From positions 9,796,001 to 9,860,000 of the forward strand of contig OZ316775.1 of assembly GCA_973851085.1 (NCBI GenBank): a stretch of 64,000 nucleotides of DNA, written 5' to 3'. The notes beneath the pieces are model-generated. The model ran no database searches. It saw nothing but the letters and a program-made list of their open reading frames with translations, and was not told the origin of the DNA. Positions 1 through 12,780 of the stretch are shown here, one piece after another. How positions within the stretch are numbered: position 1 is the first letter of the stretch; each line of letters starts with the position of its first letter. The DNA is from Ptychomitrium polyphyllum. Taxonomy: Eukaryota. A program made the position numbers and the translations under genes.

Positions 1-1240
1 GAACTCAAATCAATGTAATTTTGGCCTAATAAAAAAAAAATTACTTCAATATTTGTGGTATCATTGAATGTTATATCCTAATAACATTCAATCATAGTAT
101 AGTACAATTTGATGGAAAGTATGTGCAATAATACTTAATGATAAAAAAAGTTACTTTTGTTACCAAAAAGCCTCTTGTTTCTATGATTATACAACTATGG
201 ATTAAATGTGTGCTAATTGATGCTAAGTTGTAATGCTTAATTTGCAAGTCAATCATATATTATGTGAATGATAGTTTAGAATATTTGCAAATAAGAATGT
301 TGTGATTTATGGAGTTAATGCTATAAAAAAATGATTTTTTGGAATCACTCATTATAGAATTTTACATTGTAATATTAAGTTCCATTTGACAAATTTGCTA
401 AATAAAAATCCTATTCCAATTGTACATTTTTATGTTTAATATGCTTCTGGAATTAAATCCATTTGCAATGGTATTATCAAAATGCCTCCTATTATTAAGA
501 TGTTAAATATAGTTTTGATCCTTAAACATCATAAGTGACTAAATTTGTCACTTGGACCAATGAAATCTAATTTGGTATTTTGAATGGCCATTTTAAGCCA
601 ATATTTTGAAGTAAATTCACATTCAAATTATCTTATTCACTTAATATAATTGTTGAATTATTAAAGCAATCAATATTTACTTTAAAACGCACATAGAACT
701 TTTTTATTTTATTGTTAGTCATGTCACCTTTGATTATCCACTAACTCAAGAATTTTTATTGAAATGTGTTAACTATTTTCAAATTACATTAATTGAATTG
801 CTTAAAAATATAATTAACATATGGTCAATTTGGTACGTTTTAGTATTTCTTATTGTTTCGTTTGGTTTTAGTAGTAAAAAGGACAAAAGAGGTGAAAACA
901 TATAAATGCTTTGGAGGTGAATATGATCATCAAAAATGACAAAAAAATAATAAAATTTTACAATTAAGCTCTCCTTTTAGTAAATAAAAGTGATTTACTT
1001 AATTCAGTTTATTACACTACATAATGATAATGTTCACCGTATTTCTCTTAAAAAGAAATCAGTTTGTTCTCACGTGACATTTACACTGAAGAAGAATTTT
1101 CTGTTTTTAAAACTAAGAACTTGTGGTATGTGCAATATTGAAACTGGTAACAAAAAACACATCCCCAACTGAAATGGGTAACAAAAAATAAAATTTTGAT
1201 TAAAAAATATATCGTATGTTAGAGTAAGTGTAAATAGTGT

Positions 1241-1317
1241 AGGTACCGATAAATGCCATACTCAGTGTGCCGGTAGGTACCGATAAATGCCATACACAGT
1301 GTGCCGGTAGGTGCCGA
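1241..1317. repeat. 34-bp tandem repeat, about 2.3 copies
   Basis: AGGTACCGATAAATGCCATAC(T/A)CAGTGTGCCGGT at 1241-1274 and 1275-1308, with a partial third copy. Confidence 0.9.
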
Positions 1318-1582
1318 GGTATATGCACTCTAACATTCTTTTGTGAAAGCAACCTCTACTACGGCTGTAGAGGTGTTTCAAAGTTGGTAGCAGCTAATAT
1401 AAGTTACTCACAATCCCCTATTTTTCTATTGCAGATCTCCGCTTGATCTCATTACTAAAGTTGAGAGTTAAAGCCAAAGGTAGCTTCTGATTATACTTCG
1501 CAAGGAATTTAGCAATCCACGTGGCACTACTTGCAAATTTCTCCAATGCTGGGAAACAACACAGCTCACTGGAAGAATACTT

Positions 1583-1666
1583 GTTATCTCTTTATCGTCA
1601 CAAGCTATCTCTTTATCGTCAGAAGTTATATCTTTATCGTCACAAGTTATCTCTTCATCGTCACAA
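1583..1666. repeat. 21-bp minisatellite, 4 copies
   Basis: Variants of GTTATCTCTTTATCGTCACAA start at 1583, 1604, 1625 and 1646; they produce the CDDKEIT heptad in minus-strand ORF 1468-1752. Confidence 0.9.
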
Positions 1667-1845
1667 ATCCTAGCAGAAACTTTGCCTACTTTACAAGTTC
1701 GTACTTCAGCCTTAATCTTCTTGGCAGATTTCTCCAAGTTGGAGTGTTCCAAGGAATTACTTCAATTGTAATGTTTTTGGTACTGATACCAAAAAGTACA
1801 AGATTTTAATCAATTTAGTTGCATTGTGAAATTTCTCACAATGAA

Positions 1846-1896
1846 TGAAGGAGCTTGTATGCAAAGTCATCAAACTAGACTCATGTCTTCATGCAT
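1846..1896 (+). repeat. Dispersed repeat copy A (possible LTR/TE terminus)
   Basis: 44/51 identical without gaps to 43655-43705; starts with TG and lies near the left edge of an AT-rich tract. Confidence 0.7.
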
Positions 1897-4800
1897 CCAT
1901 TATTATATGCCCTTATTGTCATTTGTTTTTTATTCCTTACTTTCAAAAGTAGGAGTATTTCAACAAGTGAAGAATGTTGTAACATATGCAACGTTTGTAT
2001 CTTCATTTAAGACTGAATATGGAAATACTTGCTTTTATAATATAGAATTGTTTAAAAGTGACCGCCTTTTTATTATTGTATTTCCTTAAATTTAATGATT
2101 CAAAAAACGATTATGCAAATACCATTTAATACTTGAAGTTGGTATTATTAGAGTACACATTTCACCATAATTACAAATTTTGCAGTAAGTGAAATTCACC
2201 ATCAATTTCAACTCAAAAGTAACTTTGCAAAACTAAAATCATAGATTTAAACAATACAAAAACTTCAAAAAAACCATTACATTAAGTGCATCTCATTTCA
2301 TATTATTTCCAAACAAGGACTTCATATATTTTTTAAATTTTGTTTGAAAGTTATTTTAGAAGAAATTTTGAATTTAACGTTTCAAAATTTTTAATGAAAT
2401 ATAAGTGACTTCAATCACATAAATAGAATCCAAATTTCAAAGTTTACAACTTTAATTTGTATATCAATTATAAGATATTCCTCCAAGTATAACTGTAAGA
2501 TGGATATTTTGAGTTGATTCATTATTCACACACCTTATGCCTTTTATTCTTTTAAGAATGCTTTATGTTTGAAAATAAATTGATATTTTAGAATTTCATA
2601 TTTTTGAATGTTTTAAAAATGTATGGAAATAAGATCAAAAATTGATCGATTGTTTGTTGATATTAATGCAAATACAAATAACTATTACTTAATGTTCCAA
2701 ATTAGTATCATGGTAGATCTATTAATTATAACATGTGACAATTGACCAACTTGACTAATTGGACCACTAAATTCTAATTTTGTGCATTAGATGTTTAGTT
2801 TTTGTTAGTTTAAAAATTCAATTATTTATATTTGTAAAATAAATTCTTATCAAAGTATGCAAAATCAAACATGCTATTATTTTCTTTCCAAAAAAATTAT
2901 TTGAAAGTGACTTGTTCTTAAATCAAGATGAGATTAATTTTTTTTAAAGTAAAATATCTCTTATTGACTTGCATTAAAGTTTTATATAATTATAAATTAA
3001 TATTAATGGAAATTTATAAATCAACCAATTCAAAATTATAGTAAAGAAATGAATGATGATTGTTAAATTTTTGTTATGAAGCATAATAGGCCAAATAAAA
3101 ACATAGACCTTTTAAGGCATAGGAACTAAATTCAACTAAGCATAAAGCAAAATACAAGAAACTTTCTTACATTTACAATAAGCTAAATTTGAATCATGAG
3201 AGTAAAGAGGCAAAATATGCCTAATTTTCAATCTTGGAACTTTGTAGTTTAAGTTACGCACCAAGATTAAAAATTTATGATTATAGGAGTGTATTTAATA
3301 TAGTATAATAATATATACACTATAAATGTGACAAGTATATCCTCTAGGATGAAACAAAAGTAAAGAAAAGCATGAAGTGACCATTCATCATCTTCTAATT
3401 TTCTAAGTATCATGTTTTACAACACATATGCCAATTGATTAAAATATAGATTCATGGAGGAGCACTTGAAATATAAAAGTACTTTTCTCTTTACCAAATC
3501 ATTAAGTGAATCTGCCTTCTTCCTTTCTTTTCTTTTGTTTTTTTTTTTGTTTTTTTTTTGTTTTGTTTTGTTTTGTTCTGGGAGGTCACAGCAGAACACA
3601 AGGTAATTCTTTGAAGGATAACTCTTGTTTCCAAGGATAATTCCATCCAAGTTCCACAACATAAAAATACATAGCTTAGAATGAGTAAGAGCCAGTCCAA
3701 CATAAGCATCAATAACGCCATGTTGAGGCTAAGCTTTTCAAGTTGTAACCTGGATTCCTCACACTGCCATCACTATCTTATTTTTAGATTTAAAAGAAGT
3801 AATAGACAAATGGGGGTTTCCCTTGACACTGCCTCTCACCTTTGCAAGCACGAACTTGCAGTGCACCACAGCTAAAAGTACAAATCTCTGAAGCATAGAA
3901 TCAACAGTGTCAAAGCCAGAATGCCTCTACTAGAATGAATAAAAGTTATAGTAATTCTCTAAAACCTCTGAAACCTTTCCACGTACAATGTGTAAAAAGA
4001 GCATCACTTTTCCACTGATTTCTGTAATACCAAAATACCAATTTTCTGTTCTCAGCATACTTACACGAAGCACTTTTAACTTTGTGCAGTCAATGACCTA
4101 ATTTCCGACCCAAAAATTGAGTTCAATGAGAAGCAACTCAGAGACACCTTCAGCAACAAAAATGGCCATCAGGGATTGAAGCTCACTTGAAGTTCTCCTG
4201 GAGCCGAACCAGAAGCAGTAGCACGCTCACTCACATGATACACAACACAAATCACAATCAGGGACTATGAAGGGTGATTTCTCAATGTTGCAGTAAATAT
4301 ACTTCTGATATGTAGTTCGCGATTTTACTTGTGACTGCTTATATGAAATCCCTGTTTTTAGGGTTATTTTTACTGTCACAATCCCTGTGAAGTAGGAAAA
4401 GTGAATTCTCCAGGACCCAAAGTCTGCGCCTGGAGATTGGCAGTAACAGCAGGGGTAGATTTGGTGATTCAGCTTGTGGTGGTTACATGTGGGGATGTTG
4501 CGTGGAACAAAGATGTAGGTAGAGATGAGCCCATGCATCGAGGGACGTGCAATATTATTCCATTCCATACCATTCCTGAGGTGAAGTGAGGCCGTCACAG
4601 TGCTGCTACTGTTGTTGGAGCAGCGCTCCGATTTCTAACTTGCCAAATACATCCTAAACCTTTTGCTCAGCGCGCACCACATCCTCCTTCCCTTCCCCTT
4701 GCTTTCAAGAACCTATTTACTAACCTCACACAATTTAATAATACTGTAAATTACTACCACACCCAAATCCTCGTTATAGCTTGTCAGTTGACTATTCTGT

Positions 4801-6338
4801 AGCTGTAAAAGCATGCAACTAATATTCTCCTTATTTTCTTGAAGTAAACGTCTACTTTAAAAGGAGAAGAATCTATGCAACTAGCGTCTTGGATCACGCA
4901 GGTTTAGTAGTACGTTTTAATCAGTTCACCCTGTAGGTCCTAGTTTGTTGATGGCTCATAGGCACCTAATAAAGTAGTTAACCATTGGAGAAGGAGAGGT
5001 AGTAACCGTAGTACCAGAAGCCCGGGAGAGAGAATTACACATGTGACATGAGAATTACATGACATGAGAACTACATGACTGTAATTGTTCATGTAAATCT
5101 TCGTCACAGGTCGAGAGTGTATGTAGTAGTTGTACCGGTACTAAGCTAAGTACGTAGTGGTTCCATGATCGAAGGGAGCTGAGGTTAGGGGGGAGCAGAG
5201 GAGAGAGAGGAGACTAAGGAGAGATTCAGGATAGAGGGTGGGCGATGATTGACACCCATATTCATCGTTCAGTAGTCCAGAGTATGAGGCGATGCCAGGG
5301 CCGTGCTAGATCCAAAACGGGGGTAAAGGCCCATTGGGGCCGTCAGCAAATTCCTCATTCCGAACTGTCCCGAGTCGCAGCGTCTCACTTCGTGTCAGCG
5401 CGTCTTCCGCACTTGTGCCAAGTATTGACGCCTCTTGACAGATGCAGAATCGTGGCTGCCATCGTCTCCCACATCCAGGGGCGCTCCTCTCGAACAGTTC
5501 AACAGCAACTTCCTCACGGGCTGCAATGAAGTCCTTCTCTCCTGAAGCCTGACTTACTCTTTCATGTCGTGTCGGTTGGTATTCGGCATTTATTTCCTTC
5601 CTAGCGCTCTCAAGAGACAGTGCAGCAGCACAAAGATTCGCAGCAGTCTACGGACAAGTCTTATATCTTCTGTCATTATAGTTGTTTGCTTTCCGGTCAC
5701 GATCTGAAGTCCTCTGAAGCGACAAACTTCCTGCTCTTAGACTGTAGTCTGAATCCACCGCACCACTCACCTGAGGTGCATGACAGCGATTGATGTCTTA
5801 TGAGAAGTAGACTCCTGCTGCTGCAATGCTGGATGTGCAAGTAAAATTGACGTGAACTTGAGAGCATTTGAAGTGAATTTAGCACGTCATGTTCTTTGTG
5901 AGCATTCTCTCACATTTTTGAAATATCTTACCTTTTAAGTTCACTCCGAACGTTGCTTATGTTGATGCGTTCAGAGCGCAGCTTCTCTACCAGGTGGAAC
6001 TCAACTTGAAGATTCAGTGATTGTGAAGACCACAAGTAGCTAGTCCTTGGCAGAGTGTATTCTTCTTTTTCTCCTAAAATCACTTCAACAAAGATACTAT
6101 ACCTCAATTTTTAATTTTCAGATCACAATTGTAACCACCATGTCAACAATCCTGTTCGCATGGCGATGCTGTGACCTATCTGAGAGGAACGTGGAGAGGA
6201 ATACTAAGTCCAGAAACCTAGTTCTCGAATCAGTGGCCATACTGTAGAGTGGGAAGAATTTTAGTTCAAGGTGGGCTTCAGAATCATTCAGTCTCTTATC
6301 GAGTGCGCTTCGGTCTGAGTTGAGTGGCATCGCAAGTG

Positions 6339-8612
6339 ATGGCAATGGAGAGTCTAATTAGTTTGCAAAGCGCGGGCTACAGGAGCATTTGCGAGCCCAC
6401 GACGCCCAGGCCCATTGGCGTGTTCCAGGGCGCCGTGCTCGTGGTGCTGGACGTGAACAAGGGCGTCGCTCCCGGTGCTCTATACTGGGTGTTGGCTAAC
6501 ATCGTGCGCAAGGGTGACAACATCAAAATCCTAGGCATTATCACCCACATTTCCAGCGCTAGTAAGTCATACCTCTGCTATCATGCGATCCATCAGCTAC
6601 AGCTGATTGATTCTTTTTCTTTACTGCGCTCTATTTGCTTGGAATTTATTGTGCTGGAAACATAAAAATCCAACCACGAGGGGATGTATGCAAGGAGTTC
6701 TCATTACTGTAATGTAGAGAATCGAGAAGGTGTCATTGCAATTCTTGTAGACAATGAAGCTTAGCAACTTTAGAGCGTGAAAACGGACATAGCTGTTAGT
6801 TTGATGACATTAGGTTTCAGAGAATGCTTTTATACACTCGAAGGCAGTTGCGTCAGCTACATCTTCTGAATATACAGACCTCGTCGTCTGAAATTAGCAT
6901 TCAGTACATAGCCGCACATTTTAATAAACTGAAAGTTTCAATTGCAGCAAGTGTTCATTGAAGGTCGGTGGTTCATTAGCTCTTACCGGTATTCATTATT
7001 CGCATCAACTGAATTGTTGTGTGGCAGTGGGATTCATGATACGAGTTGATCAGCATACCCGGAACAGTCCCAACATCATGGAGCTTCAATTCGAGATCGC
7101 CACCAAGAAGGAGGCCATCTGGAGAATCGCTCACGTCAAAGAGTGGTGTCAGAGAGCAGGGGTATGTAGTTCACTTACCAAACTCCAACTTCCTTGCATT
7201 TAAATTATCATCGTTGTAGAGTATCATCGTTGTAGAATATTTTTGAAATTCTAATTGAACCAATCCCAATTTAACGAAAGTGGTGGCAATTGATCAATAG
7301 GTGAAGTTGGAGGTCGATGTGAAAGCCGGAAACAATCCCAAAGTGATCGCCATCGACGAAGCCAAGGCGATGAGCGCCTACCATGTCATCCTTGACAAGT
7401 AAAGTTTTCGCCTTCAAATTCATATACTGCTCTCCGCCCTCGCAATGGACTTCATACTCTCGAAGCAATTTGCGTGACCAGCTTGGATTGATTGAACTTT
7501 GGTGTTTTCGGTGCAGAAATATGAAGAAAGACAGGAAATACTTTGTCGATAACCTAACTTGCTTCGTGTCGCGGTTCCGGGGCAGCGGAGGAGTGGACGC
7601 CATCCGCTCCTTCGCAATGCCAATGATCAGCAACAAGCTACCCCCAATGGCGCCCACAACGCCCAAAGGCGCCCCACAACCGGGACACCATTACAAAGCC
7701 TCTGTGGGCTCCAACATTTCCCACCGCGGCGGGTCCTCCATGTCATCCACTTCCTTCGAGCTCGGTGGTGAGTCAAGCGACGACTACAGCGCGCAAGAAG
7801 GCGACTCCCTGTCCGCGCCTAGCACCGGCGAGTCCATGGACCGCCCCTTAATAGACGACCTAGACCTCAAGATTCGCTCCGCCGCCGAGCTCACCATCGC
7901 CCAGAAACAACTCCCCAACCTCTACAACCTCCTCCGCAGTAACGTGCAAGAACGCACCGTTGACAACCTCTACAACATGAACGTCAATCCGCTCCGCAAA
8001 CCCACAGTCCGCAAATGGTTCAACGAAGATGATGTTGAAGCATACCCTACCCCATGCCTCACCCCGAGAGTCACTGAGGCGTTTGAGTTCCGCTTCGAAT
8101 CACCTCTCACCCCTCGAAGTAAGCCTTACACTCTGGAGGCACGTAATCTCCATGTCCTTGTTGATGATTTCAAAAGAGTAGTGATCAAGCTTGTCGATCT
8201 GATATGAGAGGTTTGGTGTGCAGATGTGCCCCGAGATGTGCAGAGATTTCAACACCAGCACAAGGGGAGCAATCCCTGGATTGGGCAGTTAAACGTGGCG
8301 CCCGAGATGGGGCAGAATAAGAGTCTTGGTCGGCAGTACTCGCTGAATGCGACGTTGTTGAGAACGCAAGCTTCCTTCAACGGCGGGCGGAATCACTTCC
8401 GGGAAGACAAGGTGAGCATGGACATGCACTGGCCACTCATGCACTGGGCAGATTCTCGGCGCGGGGCGATGCTGATACGGATGCAGTATGCGAGCCAAAC
8501 GGTGATCCTGGCATCCAACAACTCCATGAAAAATTATCGCACTGCCGTGCGGAAGAGCCGCGTGCCGGTGTCGTCGGGGCTCAACTACGGCGACATGGTG
8601 GACTCCGACTAG
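6339..8612 (+). CDS. USP-like (adenine nucleotide alpha-hydrolase-like) domain protein resembling the N-terminus of plant USP-domain cytoplasmic kinases, with no kinase domain
   Basis: Frame-consistent exons 6339-6561, 7028-7161, 7301-7398, 7517-8118, 8224-8612. Motifs VLVVLDVNK..ALYWVLANIVRKGDNIKILGII, VKAGNNPKVIAIDEAKAMSAYHVILDK and MKKDRKYFVDNLTCFVSR are typical of this domain. Probable 3'UTR intron at ~8646-8825. Confidence 0.75.
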
Positions 8613-11600
8613 TAGCTGCTGCTTGAACAATCTCCACCCTTCCTAGGTAACGAACCTCTTCTCCTTTATGGCATCAAGCTTCTCACATTCGATCACCATC
8701 AACTCTTCACCAATTGCACTTGGCTTCACCTTGATAAAAACCGATTTGCCTTATATGTCGTTACATTGCAACACCATACTTTGATGTAAACTAATTGGCC
8801 TAACATGTAATCTGTCAGCATGCAGGAAAATCTTGAGTTTCAATATCGGTAGCGGTTAATTCCAGGAGCAGTTCCTTCATATTCTTCAATTTTGTTTGCC
8901 GTCACCTTGGAGTAGCTGCACGTTGTTTCCTATCGAGCGACAGATACCTGCATGTGGAGAGTAATTCGCTGTAAATAACTAATTGGTTGGGCAAGTAATC
9001 ATTTTTCGTACACCTTCATAATCATCATCATCATCATCGTCGTCGAGCGAAGGCTGATTCAATTCACGTTTGAATCCGCGGATGTCGATCGACGTTGCCC
9101 ATGTCGATCCATGTTTCCTGAAAGTTTCATTCTCTTTGAGTAGCCGAAGCTGATTAACGTCTCCAGATTTGTAATGCAAGCCTCCAAGCAGCATTTCTGT
9201 CAGGTACAATTCAAAATGAGTTAGGTTAGACTTAATTAGGGCCGACTGTATGTGGTTATACGCTTTTGTGGCTCGTCCACCAATTAGGTCAATGGTACAG
9301 GATCTTACACCTCGACTTTTGTTCAGATTATTGCAGCTCCAAGATAATTTGGACCCTATTGCAGCTTGTTGAGCCCCTCCCATTGTTTTGAAGGTATGAT
9401 ACCAACTTCTAGTATTGCACTGAGAATATCCTCAGTTTTTCCTGTGTGGAACTTTCCTCTTCTGCTAATTTCAGTGTAGAATGCCTGCTGCGAATTTCGT
9501 GCGTAACTAATGTGGGGTGTAGTTCAAATGGCCACGGAGTTTTAATTTATTTTCTGTGTTGAATCTTGTGTTTAGACCAAAGAAGAGAGTGATCTGAGAA
9601 AAGCGGATTTCTGACATCTCTAATCTTTGTTTGTGAACACATCCAGTTGCAGATTTGGCTCATGATCCTGCTGTGAAGCGAAAGGCAGCGGAGCTGATCT
9701 GCACTTGGAACAATCCAGACATGTCATGAAGGACAGTCACCTTGTCATAAAGCAAAGAAGTACAAGTAGACCAAACTGAAACCTTTGACGAGAATTGAGA
9801 GCTTGCAACCAGCACTTGGTTAGGATAATGCTATGTAGGAGATATTACTGGAGCAATACAATGCTTCATCGTAGTTTCAGCATTAGTGTTCAGAAGTACT
9901 GGTATCAGATACTTGTAACCGAGAAGCTCCATGCAATATTACACAGATTCATGCCCGGAGCAAAGTGACTTGCGTGTGATATATTGCCTTCAATTTGCAA
10001 AATCTCAACAAAGCAGTGCATTTGTTTTAGCAGTTGAGGTGTAGAGATGTTACTGAAAACGCCAAGTGAGGTCAAGGATATAAGACTTTGATACTGTAGT
10101 AGATTACTTGTGCACTGAAAGTGCACACTATTGTACTCTATTGTCATGATGCAATAAAAGTTTCTCAAATGAAAAACGGAGGAGAAATATGAAGGAAAAT
10201 GGAAGAAAATCCGAAATGGGGCATTTAAGGTTGATTATTCCCACATACATACATCCTAATTCAAATGCAGGGAGCCGTCTAAACTCATAAAAGTCCATGT
10301 TGTCTAGTTCCAAATTAGCATTCATAACTAGTCTTGTTTCAAATGATGGCTTGCATTCCATCTTCTCTTTTGTTGGAGTACATTGTGAATGCCAAAGCAT
10401 AAGCTATTTGCAACGTTAGATATTTTGCAACATTGGGTGTTTGCAATATTAGATGTTGTTCTTTGTTTGAAGGGATGTTGTATGCTTTTTTCAAGGGAGG
10501 ATCAATTTCTTTATATCTAACTCACACAAAATTAAATTTTTCTCAAAGCAACAAAATAATCATGTTGTATAAATTAACCTTACAATCTAGTCAGCTTGCA
10601 AGAGTCATTTCTAAAGTGCCTAGTTTTAATATCATGTGAAAAGAATATAAATGATAAACTGCTAAAGCATCAAAGTTCAATGATGCAAAATACTCATGAA
10701 TTCACTACTTGATTAAGGATTTAAGATAATTAAATTTCTTGAGATGATCCTTGCTTCTAAATTCTTATATCACATATTCATGGTCTAATGACATGGACTT
10801 TGAGTGCAAACATAGCTAAATGAATAAGACTTATTTGACATGTAGGCATTTGTCTTGTTTGACAAAATAACAACTTTGTGGGTTGTAAAAATTCTCCAAT
10901 ATGTGGTGCTTATTAATCACTATATATTGTTACAAATTATTAAGTAACACATTGTGTGAAAATAATAGGAATCACACTTGTATATTAACATTCTTTGAAC
11001 ATTTGGATGTTGTATGAGTAAATTATAAAATTTCATAGTTCATTGTGTAAGTTGTTTTATTTTTAATTCCTTAAAAGTGGTATTTAATCATTGTATTCAT
11101 TATAATGGGATAAAGTAATAATTTTGGAATTATAATAATAATTTATTTAGATTCAATTCAAATCAAACCAAAGTGCACATTTAATGATTTTTTATTAATT
11201 TTATTTATTGTATTATGTATCAATTTGATACTAATTATAATGAAGATTAAGAAATCTAATTTAATTCAATTTATGCTAAATTACATATCTTATGAATAGT
11301 TTAGTAGTAAATATAGTGATTTTTGGTTGCTTAGGCTCATTTATTAGCAAAAAATTTACTATATAATTTCAAAAGCATAACAATCATCTTTAACTAATCT
11401 AATTCATTTTAAATTTATTTTATTCCAAAGATTATTTTGGAGTTTCATTTTTTTTTTGATACAATGAATAGAATGTTTTTAGACATTGTATACCAATATA
11501 ATCATATTTACTTATTTTCAAAGATATTTAATGATCTAATAAAGAACAATTATGGCTAAGAAGATAATTATATACAATTATGGCCAATTTTTTATAGAAA

Positions 11601-12587
11601 ATATTCAGTAGATGCTAATGCTCTATTATGGTGCATTATAATTTAAGAAGCTTGAAAGATGCAGTGTTGTAGAAATTTACAGATTCCTGCAAAGTTAAAA
11701 GGAATTTTATATATAATTTTTATTCCATTGGAATTAAATATTTGTCACACAAATCATAAATTAAAATTAAAATTTGGAAATTTTAGGCACCATATAATAA
11801 TATTGTGGTATCAATTTTTAATCTAAAAAGCTATTAAAGCATCTTTTTAAGGTTGTTTATATAGCTACAACAAATTTTTTTTAACTTATTAAAAAAACAC
11901 AAAAAATAAACTTATTAATTTCTTATTATAAAGAAAACACCTATTGTAAAAAAAAATTATTAAAATTTTGATTTACATTGGATGCTTGCTTTCCAACATG
12001 ATGAGTTTATTATTGCATTATCTACAAGTACATTATTTGCTTTACATTGTATAAAAGTATATATAATGTGCCCTGATTCATTTTAGTTTCTATTAAGTAC
12101 ATAAATATCAACTTTTATTAGTTGCATATTTAGTTTAAAACAAGAACCTATACATCATTTAAAAATCATATGTATCTTTCTACAAGAGTAAGATTTAAAA
12201 ATTAGATTAATCAACATTGCACATTATTTGTATAATCTCTTACATAGTAGGATCTTTAATGTGATTTGATTTATTCCACATTGAATTAAAATATTAATTT
12301 TTCTTGGAATGCACGTAATAGTCTTCAACAAGCTTACTTATTACCTTAAAATAAAGGAATTAAATTCTAAGATTTTTAATTTTGATCATTTATAATTTAT
12401 TCATTTGCTGTCTAAACAATATATTTTAAAATGTGTAAAAAATTCATTTTTCCTTATGAATATTATTTAATTAAATTTAAAACTAGTCCTTAATAACAAC
12501 CAAATTTATCTATCTTTAAGATAGAGGTAATACCTTCATCCTAATACACCCAATTGAACATCCCATTGCTAAAGAATGTTATGCAAC

Positions 12588-12780
12588 AATAATATGTTTA
12601 CATAGCCCTTCAATATTATGTCTACATAGCCCTTCAATATTATGTCTACATAGCCCTTCAATATTATGTCTACATAGCCCTTCAATATTATGTCTACATA
12701 GCCCTTCAATATTATGTCTACATAGCCCTTCAATATTATGTCTACATAGCCCTTCAATATTATGTCTACATAGCCCTTCA
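12588..12780. repeat. 24-bp minisatellite, about 8 copies
   Basis: CATAGCCCTTCAATATTATGTCTA perfectly repeated 7.5 times from 12601, plus a degenerate leading half-unit; no spacers. Confidence 0.95.

Noticed and set aside
1468..1809. Overlapping ORFs across the 21-bp repeat
   Set aside because: Non-ATG starts, and openness is explained by the minisatellite; no recognisable domain.
5170..5181. GAAGGGAGCT, similar to part of miR319
   Set aside because: Only 10 nt match and no fold-back partner is visible.
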